A stretch of DNA of 63,348 nt, counting the filler, from Octopus bimaculoides (lineage: Eukaryota), in assembly GCF_001194135.2 (NCBI RefSeq). It is 5 parts of 5 records of this genome, joined end to end, with 100 filler letters (N's around TTAATTAATTAA, not from the genome) between each part and the next. Parts side by side here need not be neighbours in the genome. Positions count along the whole stretch, not along the records: positions 1 to 30,678 come from NC_068991.1; 4 more parts are not named here. One strand, written 5' to 3'. Under the pieces are notes generated by a model that did no database searches, was not told the DNA's origin, and saw nothing but the letters and a program-made list of their open reading frames with translations. The translations under genes were made by a program, and so were the position numbers. Below are positions 12,581 to 25,582 of this stretch, piece by piece (positions within the stretch are counted from its first letter, which is position 1; every line of letters starts with the position of its first letter).

Positions 12581-13989
12581 GCACAGAGGAACAAACATGC
12601 AGACACATTAAAACACTTAAAACACACCAGTTATTCCAGAAGATAACTATGTTATAAACGTAATCCACAAACCAGTTACTTTCCGATCCAGTGGTATTCG
12701 GAGCAGCATTTTTTCTCTAAAGTGAAATGGTTGCTGTCTTAAAGAACATGATTTGAGAGTGTTTGAAGTATATATTTTTATTTGTGTGTGCCTGACTATG
12801 TGTATAATAGGTTTCATCAAAATTAACACGTGTGATATTTGTGCATGATATTTCGCTTCAGTCTATATTTCTAACGATGTCTCGTTAGGAACAGCATTGG
12901 GAAAACAATGATCATATCTTCAGCACGCTACCAGTCCTATGAATGGAGTTCCTGTTGTTTTCTCAGTTACCCGCTCCACCAGTAATTTGAGCTCTTGTTT
13001 GTGGTAATTGTTTTAGAAATTAACCGTGGAGAAGTTTTAATCTCGAAGTTATTTCGATTTTTCTCTATTTGCATGTATCTAAATATTTTTGCTTTCCTGT
13101 TTTATGGTATGCATCTTTTTTGCAATTTGTCATATTTTTGCAGTTGCTTGTAATAATATGTCTCTTATTTTTTTAATTTTTAGAATTGTATAGCGCAACT
13201 GTAAAAGCAATACAGACCATTTCTTGTTCTACAAGAACACATTTTCCATTATCTTCTACAGCATTTTTTTAATTTTTATGGTAGAGTCTGAATCTTTAAA
13301 TATTTTTCTTTGTCTTTTGTGTGCGTGACTCTTTTCTTTTAAAGTTTATATATCTCTTGCTGCTTCCGGTTTATCATAGTCAAGCTGTATCTTCCTACGG
13401 AGACTGTTAAGCTATTCACTGCCGCCATCGTTTAGAGTTATGATCACTATTTCAGATCGTCATAGTTTTTGTTTTGGGTTTGGATGTTTTTTTTTTCCTT
13501 GTTTTTGTTTGTTTTTTTAGACATATTCCTTTCAGCTTAACTCTTTAATTTTTATATATTTTATTTGTTTGCTTTCATTGGTCCCCCGATATTTACACAC
13601 TTTTACTGTCCATGAATTGTTTATAACATGGTTGATTTCTTTGTCATTGTTTACTGTCTTAGTCATCTTGTCTCAATTGAAGAGGCGTGGCGCACGTGTC
13701 CCTTTAAACTCCATATTGATATCGAGGCTATAAACTTATACAGTTTGTAAAAACTTTTCCAACAGAAAATTTTGGTTTGATGTCATCCACATAAAGCAAA
13801 TAGTAGAACTTGTTCTTATCAAACTTACAATAACATCCTGTAAGATTTAGTGTCATATTTAATGGAGTAAAATACAAACATATAAAAGTGATGTGAGTGA
13901 ATCTACCAAGAATTTTGTGAGAGTGGATCTCTCTGTTTTAGGTCTTTTTTAAGAGCTACCAAGGAGATGGGTCATATATTTTTTCTTCT

Positions 13990-14330
13990 CTAAAAACACA
14001 GAGGACTTCCTTATACCCTCAGAGCAATGGATGAAAGCATCTCTAGCCAAAACATGGAGCGAAATCTCTTCCGTCGGTACAAGTAGGGCTTATGGGAGAG
14101 TATTCTTGATTTTCGAAACTAACGATGAGGCAAAAAAAAAAACAGTCCGTGACATACACTTGCGAATGGGTTTCGATCAGAATATATGGCACAACACAAC
14201 ACAGGGATCACAGTGAAGGACATTAGTGGTGAAGCTGACGTTTGGCTTGTCGTCACGTTTATGGTACAGTGTGGGCAGATGGTGAACACTGAGGTGACTA
14301 CAAATGACATGTAGGTGGGAGGCTCTCTCG
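13990..14330 (+). pseudogene. Decayed L1/Tx1-like LINE ORF1 (RRM-like) fragment
   Basis: Frameshifted ...TWSEISSVGTSRAYGRVFLIFETNDEAKK.../SEYMAQHNTGITVKDISGEADVWLVV resembles LINE ORF1 RRM segments (pattern recall only). Confidence 0.4.
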
Positions 14331-14749
14331 GAACATCCAAGTTTTGATGACACCCTTCCTCAATTAGTTCACAACACCATTGATGGGGTTGTGTTCCATT
14401 TTAAGTGTGGAAAGATAAGTAATGAGACGACCAAATTTCACACAAGGCATGAATCAATAACAGGTTATATTAGAAGACACTTACCTAAGGTGATATGCAG
14501 CAAGGCCGAAACAACTACAGGATTAATAAGCCAACTTTTTAATCATCTAGCCATGAATTTGAGTTTAGCCATATGAGCTATCTCTATTTGTTACTATCAA
14601 CACCAAAGTCTCTGCAGACGTCTCAACCGTCACCACTACCATAAGCATTATATATTTGTTTCTTAGTTTATTTGAGTTACTTCCCTTAGCACTATATGAA
14701 ACGTAGGCAGGAACGTACTGCTGTATCAATATATTGTCGTTGCTGTTAA

Positions 14750-14965
14750 GATGACAAACGAAATGGTCAAAGCATTGAACAAAATCATTTGCGGTATTGG
14801 TTCCAGCTCTTTACGCGTTCTAAGAGTTCAAATCCGGATGTGACCGATTTGTCTGTCATTCTTCTGAAATCAATAACATAAAATACCAGTAAAACACTAG
14901 GATCAATCTGATCGCCTTACCCCTCCCTAGCAAATTTCTACTTCTGTGTCGATGTTAGAAATAAT
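14750..14965 (+). mobile_element. Old SINE-A copy
   Basis: gagttcaaatcc B-box, aaataccag block, ccctccc..aaattt 3' region. Confidence 0.7.
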
Positions 14966-16150
14966 TTATTGCTCGAGTTGGGGGTTTCTTTTATCCCCCA
15001 TTTACATGAATATCAGAAGTTTTTATCGACCAAATTCATTCCAGTTCCAATAAGAGAAGAGGAATAAAAAGTTCAAATATTTATATTTCAAGAGGAAAAA
15101 AAAATTGGTTTAAACCACAGTAGTCTCTTTTATTGAGCGGTATACTTAACCCGTCACGAGATTCAAGACCTGTACTTAATTGGCAGACATTAATATTTTT
15201 CCTAATTTAACACCTAAAAGCTAGTTTATAGAAAGACTCACACGCACGCACGCACACATGCACGCGCACACATGTTTCAGAAATGTTTGAATTTGATGAA
15301 AATGTACAGAATAATAATGAATACGCCATAGTTTATAAATGGAAGTGAGAAGGCGGTTATCTAATTTGTCTCAATCCGTCTCCTTGTTTAACACTTGCTC
15401 TTGAATGGTAGATTAAATCCGCCTGTCTGAGAATACTTGATTCGTGGGTACTTTTAATGTAGCAACCTTTATTTCAAGTATTAGAGCCAAGTGCCTGTCT
15501 AAGAATAACTTACTCCCTTCCTACCGCCACACTAGGGATCCCTGGGAAGTGATATGGATGTTGTCCTCCACCCGCATTCCTTTAGGTCATTAAATTTTTT
15601 TTTTTAAATAAACATAATGAAAAATTAAGCACTTCTAGCACGAGATCGAACCCGCTTTCCGTGCATAACTTAGCACTTTCTTTCTGTCTTGTATTTCACT
15701 ATTAAGATTTAAGTGGCCAGAATCCAGGAAAGTGAGAGGTTCTTAATGGAGAGAAGATAAGTGGTGAGGAATAGCATCTCCTGTCTCAAATACTTGAAGA
15801 ATTATAAGTTGGTTCTAACGTGGAAGTGGTTTGTTTATCAAAACACAACACTAATTCATACAAACCCCATCAAAACGTGTAGAAATAAATTCAGGTGATG
15901 TTCATAATACATGTATGTATGAACGCGTGTGTGAATGCATGTGTGTGCGTAATATTTGTGTATAATATGTGTGCATATATATGGTGTGTATGTGTTTATG
16001 TGTATACATCAGAACGAGTGATTATTTAAATGTACATAAATGTTTTCACATATGTACATAGAATGCTTAGACATATACATAAGCGCGCTTACTCATGTAT
16101 GCTCCTATGTATATATTAACAAAGTGAATATGTCTTGTGAGCGTATATAG

Positions 16151-16185
<35 letters not shown>

Positions 16186-17029
16186 TGTATGTATGTATGT
16201 ATGTATGCATGTATGTATGTATGTATGTATGTATGTGTGTATGTATGTATGTATGCATTATGTATGTACGTATGTGTATTTATGTATGTATGTGTGTGTG
16301 TAAATTTTCAATTCCTTAATTATTTGATTATCTAATTATCTATTTGCATATTCATTTATTGTAATAAAACTCTGGGCGTTTTATTTCCCCCACCCCACCG
16401 CAGTTTGGAAAACTGTCGAATAATCCAATTAAAAGTGTGTTCATGAATGACACTTTCGTGGGGGAAGGTTCCTGGCAGACAGGTGGAGAGGCGGACAGGC
16501 GAGGGGAACAGAAAGAAAGAAAGAAAGGAAGGAAGACAAAACTTGACGCTCGCAAAAGAAAATTGAAGTAATATGGCGTTTATTTGTTCAGACGAGCTGT
16601 AAATGTATTTAAGAGTTGATTTACTATAAAACTATTGCAAACAGACATTTAATAAATTTTAAAGATTTTTGTCAACAGACTTTCAATAAAGTTAAAGGTT
16701 CAATGATCGTTAATTTCATAGGGAATGCAAAAAAAAAAAAAAAAAAACTAATGAAGAACCTCTGCGTGACTAAACAGGCTTTGGGTTACTTTCTTTTTGT
16801 TACTTTTGTTGATGTTATTTTGTTTGTTTTCTAGATCTTTTTTAAAGGAGAATTCTGAAACTGTCGATGTGATATTTTTAATTTATGTTTATATATTGTA
16901 AGTTTATTTGTTTGAAAGTCCGACCTTTATTTATCAGGGTTTGTGATGGTGGTGGTTCGATGGATTAGTTAATACATTGGTTTCAAATTTTGGAACATGA
17001 TCAGCAATTTCGAGAGAGGGATTAAGTAC

Positions 17030-17377
17030 TTATTTTATCGACTCCGAAAGTATGAAAAGTAAAATCGACCTCGGCGGAATTTGAACTCAGAACGAAAAGA
17101 CGAAAACCCGACGTGCTAACGATTCTGCCAGCTCGCCACCTTGGACAGTTTAAGTAATATATACTTTTCTACTCTAGGCACAAAGCCCAAAATTTTGGGA
17201 GAGGAGACCAGTCGATTAGATCGACCCCAGTATGCAACTGGTACTTAATTTATCAACCCTGAAAGCATGAAAATTAAAGTCGAACTCGGCGGAATTTGAA
17301 CTCAGAACGTAAAGACAGACGAAATACCTCTAAGCATTACGCCCGGTGTGCTAACGTTTCTGGCAGCTTGCCGCCTT
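17030..17377 (-). mobile_element. Two tandem SINE-A copies (17030-17145 partial; 17163-17377 full)
   Basis: ggcggaatttgaactcagaacg and gccagctcgcc in both; full copy flanked by ttaa(g/a)taatatat (imperfect TSD). Confidence 0.88.
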
Positions 17378-18519
17378 AGATTAAATAATATATTGATTAT
17401 CAAAATTATAAACAATACATATAAATGGATAAATTCAAAGGTTACTGAGGCGATAGATTAAGAGATTATTAGAATCGATAAGGCTCTTGATGGGATGTTT
17501 CTTGCGATATTTAGTTTCAAGCCTTTAAAACGTTTTGAATACGATTCTAGTTGAAGTTAACATTAACTTTCAACTTCCCAGAGTCGATAAAATGAATACC
17601 TATTAAATTCTTGTGTCGATTTAATCATCTATTCCTTTCTCTCTAGTTTTCTCAAGTTATAAATCTACATTTCCTCACGAACGAAAAAAAAACGCAACGC
17701 CGTGGAGTAGAGCGCCGATTAAATATCTCTTAGTATTCAGTTACGTCCTTCTTAAGACTCTTAGTTCACTCAATGGTTTCTTTCTCTCCTCTCCTCTCTT
17801 CTCCCAAATTATGGTTTTCTTCCTAACCTATAAATCTATATTTATTCAGAGAAAAAAAATTGGTAGCTTTGAACGGCGACTAGATATCGTGTAATATTCA
17901 GTTAAGTCGTTTTTGTTTGTTTCTTTGTTTTTTACACGCTTAGTTGAAACCCTTTCGACGATGACTTTGTCTTTCATTCTTAAAAGGGATGAAGGAGGGT
18001 GTAATAAAGACAACTAACATTCAAATAAGTCGCCTACAACCTTTCCCACAAAAAAAGAAATGTATTTATAGCGTTGTGCCAATGTTAGCCATTTACACGT
18101 GAAAGAGGGAAACCAATTACGTTGATGTATTGAAGAAAGTAATCTTAACACTAAAAACAGAATCTTTTCCATTAATCTTGGCGATAATGCCAGCGCAATA
18201 TAGGCGTGTAAATTCAGTTATTTTCAGATGAATGAAATCTTCCGCTTTTTACCATCATTTTTGACATTGAATAAATGCTGGGATTTAGCAAAAATCATAA
18301 TGGCGGATTATTTGTTTTTATATGAGATACAAATCTAATGACGTAGACCACACAAACAGACACTTAATATTAAATAATTGTTTAGGTTTCATTTATCCAG
18401 AAAACGGAAAACATAATGGTAGAATAAAGCTGTTTGTCTTGTTTTGTTTCGTCTTGTTTTTTCTTTTTTTCGTTTTTTTTTTTTTTAATGGAAGGCAGAA
18501 AGCATAATGCTAATGATGT

Positions 18520-19170
18520 TAAATATACACACACGTATATACACACATGTACACATACATACGCTTGTATATACACGCAAACTTTCACGCATATAGAAAC
18601 GCACACACACATTCGCATATATACACAGATAGACACTCACGCGCGCACACATACACATTGACTTATTCATATGTAAATACACACACATATTAATAAACTG
18701 ATATTTACACACACATATATACACACAGACACACATGTATACATGCATACTTACATAGTATAGACCAAAATCATTTGCACGAATATATACAGACACTCAT
18801 ACACACAAACACGCACTCCTACACATATAACAGCCAAGCATTCTCACACACGCATATATTCACGCATATGCACAGACATTCACACGCACACACACACACA
18901 CACACACACAAAACAATCTCACATATATACACGGAGAGACATTCTTACACACTCCCACACACCACACACGCGCGCGCGCGTACGCACACACACACATACA
19001 CATACACACATTCACACGTGCACACATAGTACACAAATTCACGTACACACACTCACATACAGACTCACACATTCACACACACACTCAAGAACATACACAC
19101 TCACACGTACACCCTACCGCGCTCACGCATGCACACACACACACACACACACATACACGCGCGTGCGTTT
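18520..19170. repeat. Long degenerate (CA)n-rich tract
   Basis: Direct reading. Confidence 0.9.
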
Positions 19171-19537
19171 ACAAATATTTCATAAATGTTTAAGGCTTGA
19201 TAAAATAACAAAGAATTCTAAGGAGAAATCGATAGTTTTAATGGAAGTGAGAAGGTGGCTATCGAATGGGAGCGAATTCACACAGACAGACAAATAACAA
19301 ATGTTTATAAAAAATAAATAGAGGTAACCTCTACGGCGTCAGTCGACCTGCTAAAACTGGCAGCGAAATCTCCCTACATCACACCTTGCTCTCTTTGGAA
19401 AAGAGATAAGAAAACGTTTCATGATGTAGTCCTGAATACAATATGTCAGACAATAAGAAGGGGTGATCACAACTAGAACGCCTTTGAGCATAAGCTTCTT
19501 TGATCATGGTTGATCTGAGCCTCAGCACCATATAATT

Positions 19538-19550
19538 ATCATTATTATTA

Positions 19551-19610
<60 letters not shown>
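19538..19610. repeat. (ATT)n microsatellite
   Basis: Direct reading. Confidence 0.95.
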
Positions 19611-20063
19611 GTTTCTTGATCCTAAAAGGATGAGAGGTACAGTTGTTTGCAGCTGAATTTGAACTCAATAATGTCTGATTTAGGCACACAAAGTCAACAG
19701 TCCTGAAGGAAAAGAACTATTCCATCAGTCACGACCCCTGCACGTGACTGATACTTTATTTTATCGATCTCGAAAGGACGAAAGGTTAAGTTGACCTTGG
19801 TAAAATTAGGACTCAGGATGTAAAAGCCTAAGGGTTCTGCCAATCGTTCGCCCTTTTTCTAATATACGAGGGGTAGCTGAAACGTTCCTGGTTTTGAAGG
19901 TATCGCGAAAGGCCTGGTTAGAAGCCCAACCATCCGAATTCTTTTACAGGGCTTAGAAAGAGGGCCGCTGCAATAAGTGTGTGAATCTGAGAAGGAATTA
20001 TATTGAATAAAATCATAACTGATATTCCTGCATTTTCTTTTACCCAAAGCCATGAACTTTTTA

Positions 20064-20103
<40 letters not shown>

Positions 20104-20770
20104 CGTAGATACAAGGCCAGAAATTTGTAGAAAAGAGTTAGTTGATAATATCAATCTCAATTGTATTTTCTAATGATTTCCAGAGGATAAAAGAGATAGA
20201 TGATCTCAACATGATTTAAACTCCGAACTAAATACCGCAAAGCGTTTTGTCCAATGCTCTAACAATTCTGCCAACACACCGCCTTAAATAATTTTTTTAC
20301 AGTGATATAGGACCAAAAATTTAGAGGAAAATGAATAGCCCTCTATACTGACCCCAGAAGGATGAAAAGAGAAGATGACTTCAGCGGGAGGTGAACTCAT
20401 GATGCAAAACGTGCAATTGAATAGCGCAAGGCATTTTGGTGCTTTATTTTATCGTCCCGAAGGAATGAAAATCTGACCTTGGTGAAATTTTAACTCATGG
20501 TGTACTCATGAAAGCTGAAACTGAATACCACCAGCCATTTTGGTCGATGTTCAAATGAATCTCTCAATTCACTGCCCAACGATCTCCAAACAAGGCTAGA
20601 AATATGATGAGGCAGAAACAGTCACTTCTACCGATTGGTATTTTATTTATCGACTCCGGAAGGATAAAAGGCTAAGCTGAGGTCGGATAGATTTGAACAC
20701 ACAACATACGGACACGGGGCAAATACGGGAAGGCATTTTGTCCGGAGCTGTAATGATTCTACCAATGTAG
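19600..20770 (-). mobile_element. Cluster of about five degenerate SINE-A copies
   Basis: Repeated tttatcga..ccgaaagga..aaagg, tttgaactc and ttctgcca..cgcc blocks. Confidence 0.7.
19867..20105 (+). mobile_element. Mariner-derived MITE (internally deleted)
   Basis: TA|CGAGGGGTAGCTGAAACGTTCCTGGTTTTG 5' TIR; transposase C-terminus NKCVNLRRNYIE* (cf. mariner WxKCVxxxGDYVE); 3' TIR caaagccatgaactttttagc..ttcg|TA split by (CA)n. Confidence 0.75.
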
Positions 20771-20975
20771 AACATCATGAGTTTTCAATATAAAATGCGG
20801 CGCCATATATTCAGAAGAAATCGGTAAATTTATGACGTCATTGTCGTTATAGTTGTTGTTGCTGTTGTCTTTGTTGTTTTAGACCACCACCACCCTCCCG
20901 ATTAGACCTAATTGACCACACCTATGATCAAGACATCTCCAGCCATCGCCATTTTGTCTTTTATTTTCAGACATT
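20750..20975 (+). repeat. ~220-bp inverted repeat, left arm
   Basis: gtaatgattctaccaatgtagaacatcatg...tttatgacgtcattgtcg...cagacattc is the reverse complement of ~24268-24493, with only scattered mismatches by eye. Confidence 0.9.
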
Positions 20976-21922
20976 CAGCATGTAACATCTGCGGTTACAT
21001 TATCCACCACTGTGTCTCCACCCCACTATACCACCATCAGCACTACCACCGCCTTTTATTTTAATGCGCTCAGGCGTGATTTCAGGGAAGTTTGCCTGTT
21101 TTTTGTAGCAGGTCAAGCGACAGCGTACACAGAGCTTCCTCGTTGGTTCATTGCCGACGAGACGAATGCATCAAGTGTATGGTGCATATCTTTAATAAAC
21201 GATTTGATAGCAAGAATGATTAAACAAGACAAAATGAAAGAAAAGTTATGACATCAAAATATTATAACCAAATGTCCTTCTGTGCAGTATTGTTTTCTTT
21301 TATTTGATTTCTTTTATTTGTTTTCTTTTATTTGTTTTCTCTTTTTTTCTGTGGAGATGTAGGATGTTTTGTAGTAGTGGCGTGGCTATTGTTGTTGTTG
21401 ACGTCATAAGAATTTTTATAAACTTTCGAGTGAATGTAAAATAATCCTTTTTTGAAGATAAGGGATCTCAAAGCTTACATGAAGCTATATATAATAGCAT
21501 GCAAATATTGGGTTGAAAAGCTCTTGGACAGCCTTCGGTTTTTTCTATCCAAAAGAATTTTTCAACCCAAAATTTACATGTTATTATTTAAAGAGTTATG
21601 TGTGCTTCGAGATCCAATATTTCAAAACAGAATTATTTCATTATTGCTGTAGTTCTTCTTCTTCTTCTTCTTCTTCGTGTTTTCATCGTCGTTGTGATCG
21701 TCCACGTAGTTGTAACATTATATTTATTTATGTATTTATTTATTTATTTTCACCTTTCAAGGAATTTCTAGGAATCCACTAGAGAAATGTATAATGCAAT
21801 TATGAGATAGCTACGATATTTCAGAGATTGAGAAATGTCAAATAGAGTAAAAAAAGTTAATGAAAATATTAGCTACGTATTTATAAAAACACACACACAC
21901 ACACACCTACACACACACTCAC

Positions 21923-21969
<47 letters not shown>

Positions 21970-22747
21970 NNNNNNNNNNNNNNNNNNNNNNNNNNNNNNN
22001 NNNNNNNNNNNNNNNNNNNNNNNNNNNNNNNNNNNNNNNNNNNNNNNNNNNNNNNNNNNNNNNNNNNNNNNNNNNNNNNNNNNNNNNNNNNNNNNNNNNN
22101 NNNNNNNNNNNNNNNNNNNNNNNNNNNNNNNNNNNNNNNNNNNNNNNNNNNNNNNNNNNNNNNNNNNNNNNNNNNNNNNNNNNNNNNNNNNNNNNNNNNN
22201 NNNNNNNNNNNNNNNNNNNNNNNNNNNNNNNNNNNNNNNNNNNNNNNNNNNNNNNNNNNNNNNNNNNNNNNNNNNNNNNNNNNNNNNNNNNNNNNNNNNN
22301 NNNNNNNNNNNNNNNNNNNNNNNNNNNNNNNNNNNNNNNNNNNNNNNNNNNNNNNNNNNNNNNNNNNNNNNNNNNNNNNNNNNNNNNNNNNNNNNNNNNN
22401 NNNNNNNNNNNNNNNNNNNNNNNNNNNNNNNNNNNNNNNNNNNNNNNNNNNNNNNNNNNNNNNNNNNNNNNNNNNNNNNNNNNNNNNNNNNNNNTATATA
22501 TATATATATATATATATATGCGAAATTAGAGAGGGGAAAGAGCAAGTAATTATTATAGAAAATGTTTTTGCTAAGAGATAATGAAGGAGTAATATCAGAT
22601 ATTGGTGTATGATAAGTGCGTGACGGGGAGAGATGAGAGACGGGGTGAGAGAAGAAAGCAGCAGACAGAACTAAAAGGATCATGTAGGCAAGTAGGGAAG
22701 AACGAGGTGCAAATATAGTCACGTGATTGATGCACGAACAAAGAGTG

Positions 22748-22814
<67 letters not shown>

Positions 22815-22832
22815 GAAATAGAGAGAGAACGA

Positions 22833-22868
<36 letters not shown>

Positions 22869-23451
22869 ATGAAAGAAAGAAAGAAAGAAAGAAATATATG
22901 TATGTATGCATGTATGTATAAGAAAAAATTTAGCAAAGATATAGGCAGACAAGAAGGCAAGCATAGGTAGAGATCGAGGTGTAAATATAGTCACGTAATA
23001 AGATGCATGGTGGAATGGAGAGTATTGAGAAGGTGAGATGTGAAGGTGTGAGATATCATACGATAAATGTGTAAGAGTGGGAAACGAAGAGAGTGTGGAC
23101 GTGTGTGAGGGAGAGACCGAAACGAACAAACAAACGAAAAAAACGAGAAAAGACGGAAAGACAGAAAGAAATGTGTAGACATAGAGAAGAGAAGAGAACG
23201 TAAAACGAAGTAAAGTAGCATGTATATAAATTAACGAGTGCGAATTTAAATCAAGTGATAAGTATTTTTTAGAAAAAAATACAGGAAGTGTATGAAAATG
23301 TCATTATATTCATTTGATAAACATGTGAATGTTTAGAGAGATGTAGAGATAAAGAGAGAGAGTGTGAGAATGAGAGAAATAGAGAGAGGGGGGATCCTAA
23401 GGTGCGTGTGCAAGTTATTTTTGTTGTTGTTGTTGTTGTTGTTTGGTTTCT

Positions 23452-23505
23452 TGGTTAGTTCTGATGAGGCAGGACCTCTGGTGAAAGGGACTCTAATTCT
23501 GACCA
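23452..23505 (+). ncRNA. Degenerate hammerhead motif
   Basis: TGGTTAG-TT | CTGATGA | GGCAG gacct CTGGT | GAAA | GGGAC | TC | TAATT-CTGACCA. Distal stem I TGGTTAG/CTGACCA pairs; proximal stem I is disrupted. Confidence 0.5.
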
Positions 23506-23899
23506 TTCTGTATTTGTATTTATATACACACGCACACATCTCAAAAATAAAAAAAAAACACGCCAATTTGTGTTCGTTTTTTTTCTTTTTCTTTATTGAA
23601 AGATTTTGATGCATTTGATGCATTTAAATACTCAAAGTGCAGTTTTTGAAGATCACACATTGAGAATCGTGCTGGAGAGTAGCGTAAGCACAGGTAAAAA
23701 GAGTGGTGTCTATTTACTTTCGAGATGTGTGTGCGTGCGTATGTAATAAGTTTAAAGTTTGAAGAGAAAGCATAAGAAAAGAACAAACGGAAAATTCACA
23801 CACAAGACATGGATATGCTCTCCCCATGTCAGTTATCGTTCAAACAATCATAACAACTTCATGCCTTTAACGATAATATTGTATATTTTTGGTGACGTA

Positions 23900-23945
<46 letters not shown>

Positions 23946-24267
23946 ATTACGTTGTATTATGTATCTTGAATTCTTTAAGATGCCAGGGTACTGTATCGCA
24001 ATCGAGGTCCTAAGAACTCTACCTTTCCATAAGAGGTCGAGGTTTTCGAGAAAAACAGCGATAAATAAGCAATTTGTATGCATATGTACTTTTAAGTCAT
24101 TTTTCTGTTTAATTGCATATTCATGAAATTCGCACCATATTTGAACGACAAAAATCACAAGGAGGGGGTCACAAGAAGTCACATGGAGTGGTCACAATGC
24201 GTGGTCGCAAGGAGAATCTTTGGGGAAACTGACCCCTGTCCAGCCATCTTTTCCACCAACTATTGTT

Positions 24268-24493
24268 GAGAATGTCTGAAGATAAAAGACAAAATGGCGA
24301 TGACTAGAGATGTCTTGATCATAGGTGTGGTCAATTAGGTCTAACCGGGAGGGTGGTGGTGGTCTAAAACAACAAAGAGAACAGAAGCAACAACTGTAAC
24401 GACAATGACGTCATAAATTTATCGATTTCTTCTGAATATATGGCGTCGCATTTTATATTGATAACCATGATGTTCTACATTGGTAGAATCATT
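24268..24493 (-). repeat. ~220-bp inverted repeat, right arm
   Basis: See 20750-20975. Confidence 0.9.
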
Positions 24494-24762
24494 ACTCTTG
24501 TTGAGAAGGGTCGTTCTTGGGCACTTCCACCATAGAGTTCTGTCAGAAGCAATCATCGTTAGACTCTCTGGCCGGATTCCCACGCATGACCGACTAAGAC
24601 TATGGATATTACCCAACCGTCTCTTGCCAGTTGGCTTCGCTTGAAAAACCCGTCATGTGATTGTTTCCTCTTTATGGATGGGTTTTGAGATAAAAAAAAC
24701 AAGGACTTGATTTAAAACATTGGCATCTATACAAAGCATATATTACATATAAAATATGATTA

Positions 24763-24978
24763 AAGCGGCGTGCTGGCAGAATAGTTAGCACGCTGGGGAA
24801 AATGCTTACCAGCATTTCGTCCGTCTTCACGTTCTGAGTTCAAATACCACCGAGGTTGTCCTTGTTTTTCATCCTTTCGGTGGTCGATAAAATAAGTACC
24901 AGTTGCATGCTGGGATCGATGTAATCAAAATTACTCCCTCCCCCGAAATTGCTGGCCTTGTGCCAAAATTTGAATGCA
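24763..24978 (+). mobile_element. SINE-A full length with 16-bp TSD
   Basis: gcggcgtgctggcagaaatagttagcacgc...gagttcaaat...; flanked by atataaaatatgatta at 24747-24762 and 24979-24994. Confidence 0.92.
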
Positions 24979-24993
24979 ATATAAAATATGATT

Positions 24994-25044
<51 letters not shown>

Positions 25045-25195
25045 ATGTACATAAAGATAGGTAGATAAATAGATTGATGGTGCGAAACCACGATGATATT
25101 CTGGTCATTGACTGATAAGGGAAACTCAGCTGCAAATATTCTGTGTATCGTGTCTTCGTCTGTATTCCCNNNNNNNNNNNNNNNNNNNNNNNNNN

Positions 25196-25560
25196 ATATA
25201 TATTATAATAAATGCGAATGTCAGTGTGTCACACTTTTTAAACTTTACTTCTAGAGGCTGTAGCCCAACATATCATACCATTTTGGAATCAGGCCAACTC
25301 CGCGAGTAAATGAAAAACATTCCGGGCCGAATTCGGACGTGCAATCCTGAAATTTTGGATTCCCAAGTTTTCATTACTGCGATTGTTTTCGGCGATTTTT
25401 ATGTGATTTTTTGCGACGAATATGATCGTCATTGGGATATGATGAAAGTCTGGAGGAAGCAATAACAACAAATTCTCGAAAGCAAGTCAGGGATCTGTTT
25501 GCAGATCTTCCCATTCGGGACCAGTAGCTTAAAAGCTATATACTGGCTTAAAAGCGGCCA
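25196..25560 (+). mobile_element. Non-autonomous Helitron-like element (copy facing right)
   Basis: 5' tatattataataaatgcgaatgtcagtgtgtc resembles Helitron-N starts; shares catat.atacc.ttttggaa.cag motif with the neighbour; 3' end unclear. Confidence 0.4.
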
Positions 25561-25582
25561 ATAGTATATATATATATATATA

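Noticed and set aside
12865-12930. CTGAAGA...GAAA on minus
   Set aside because: Stem I cannot form.
12610-13500. Possible decayed LINE ORF1 on minus
   Set aside because: Many stops and no motif could be recognised with confidence.
21110-21185. AG..GT-bounded GC-richer patch
   Set aside because: No recognisable peptide in any frame and no partner exons.
25100-25121. Similarity to the miR-184 3' end (ACTGATAAGGG); also TAAGGCAC (miR-124 seed) near 38494
   Set aside because: Seed or body does not match and there is no precursor hairpin.
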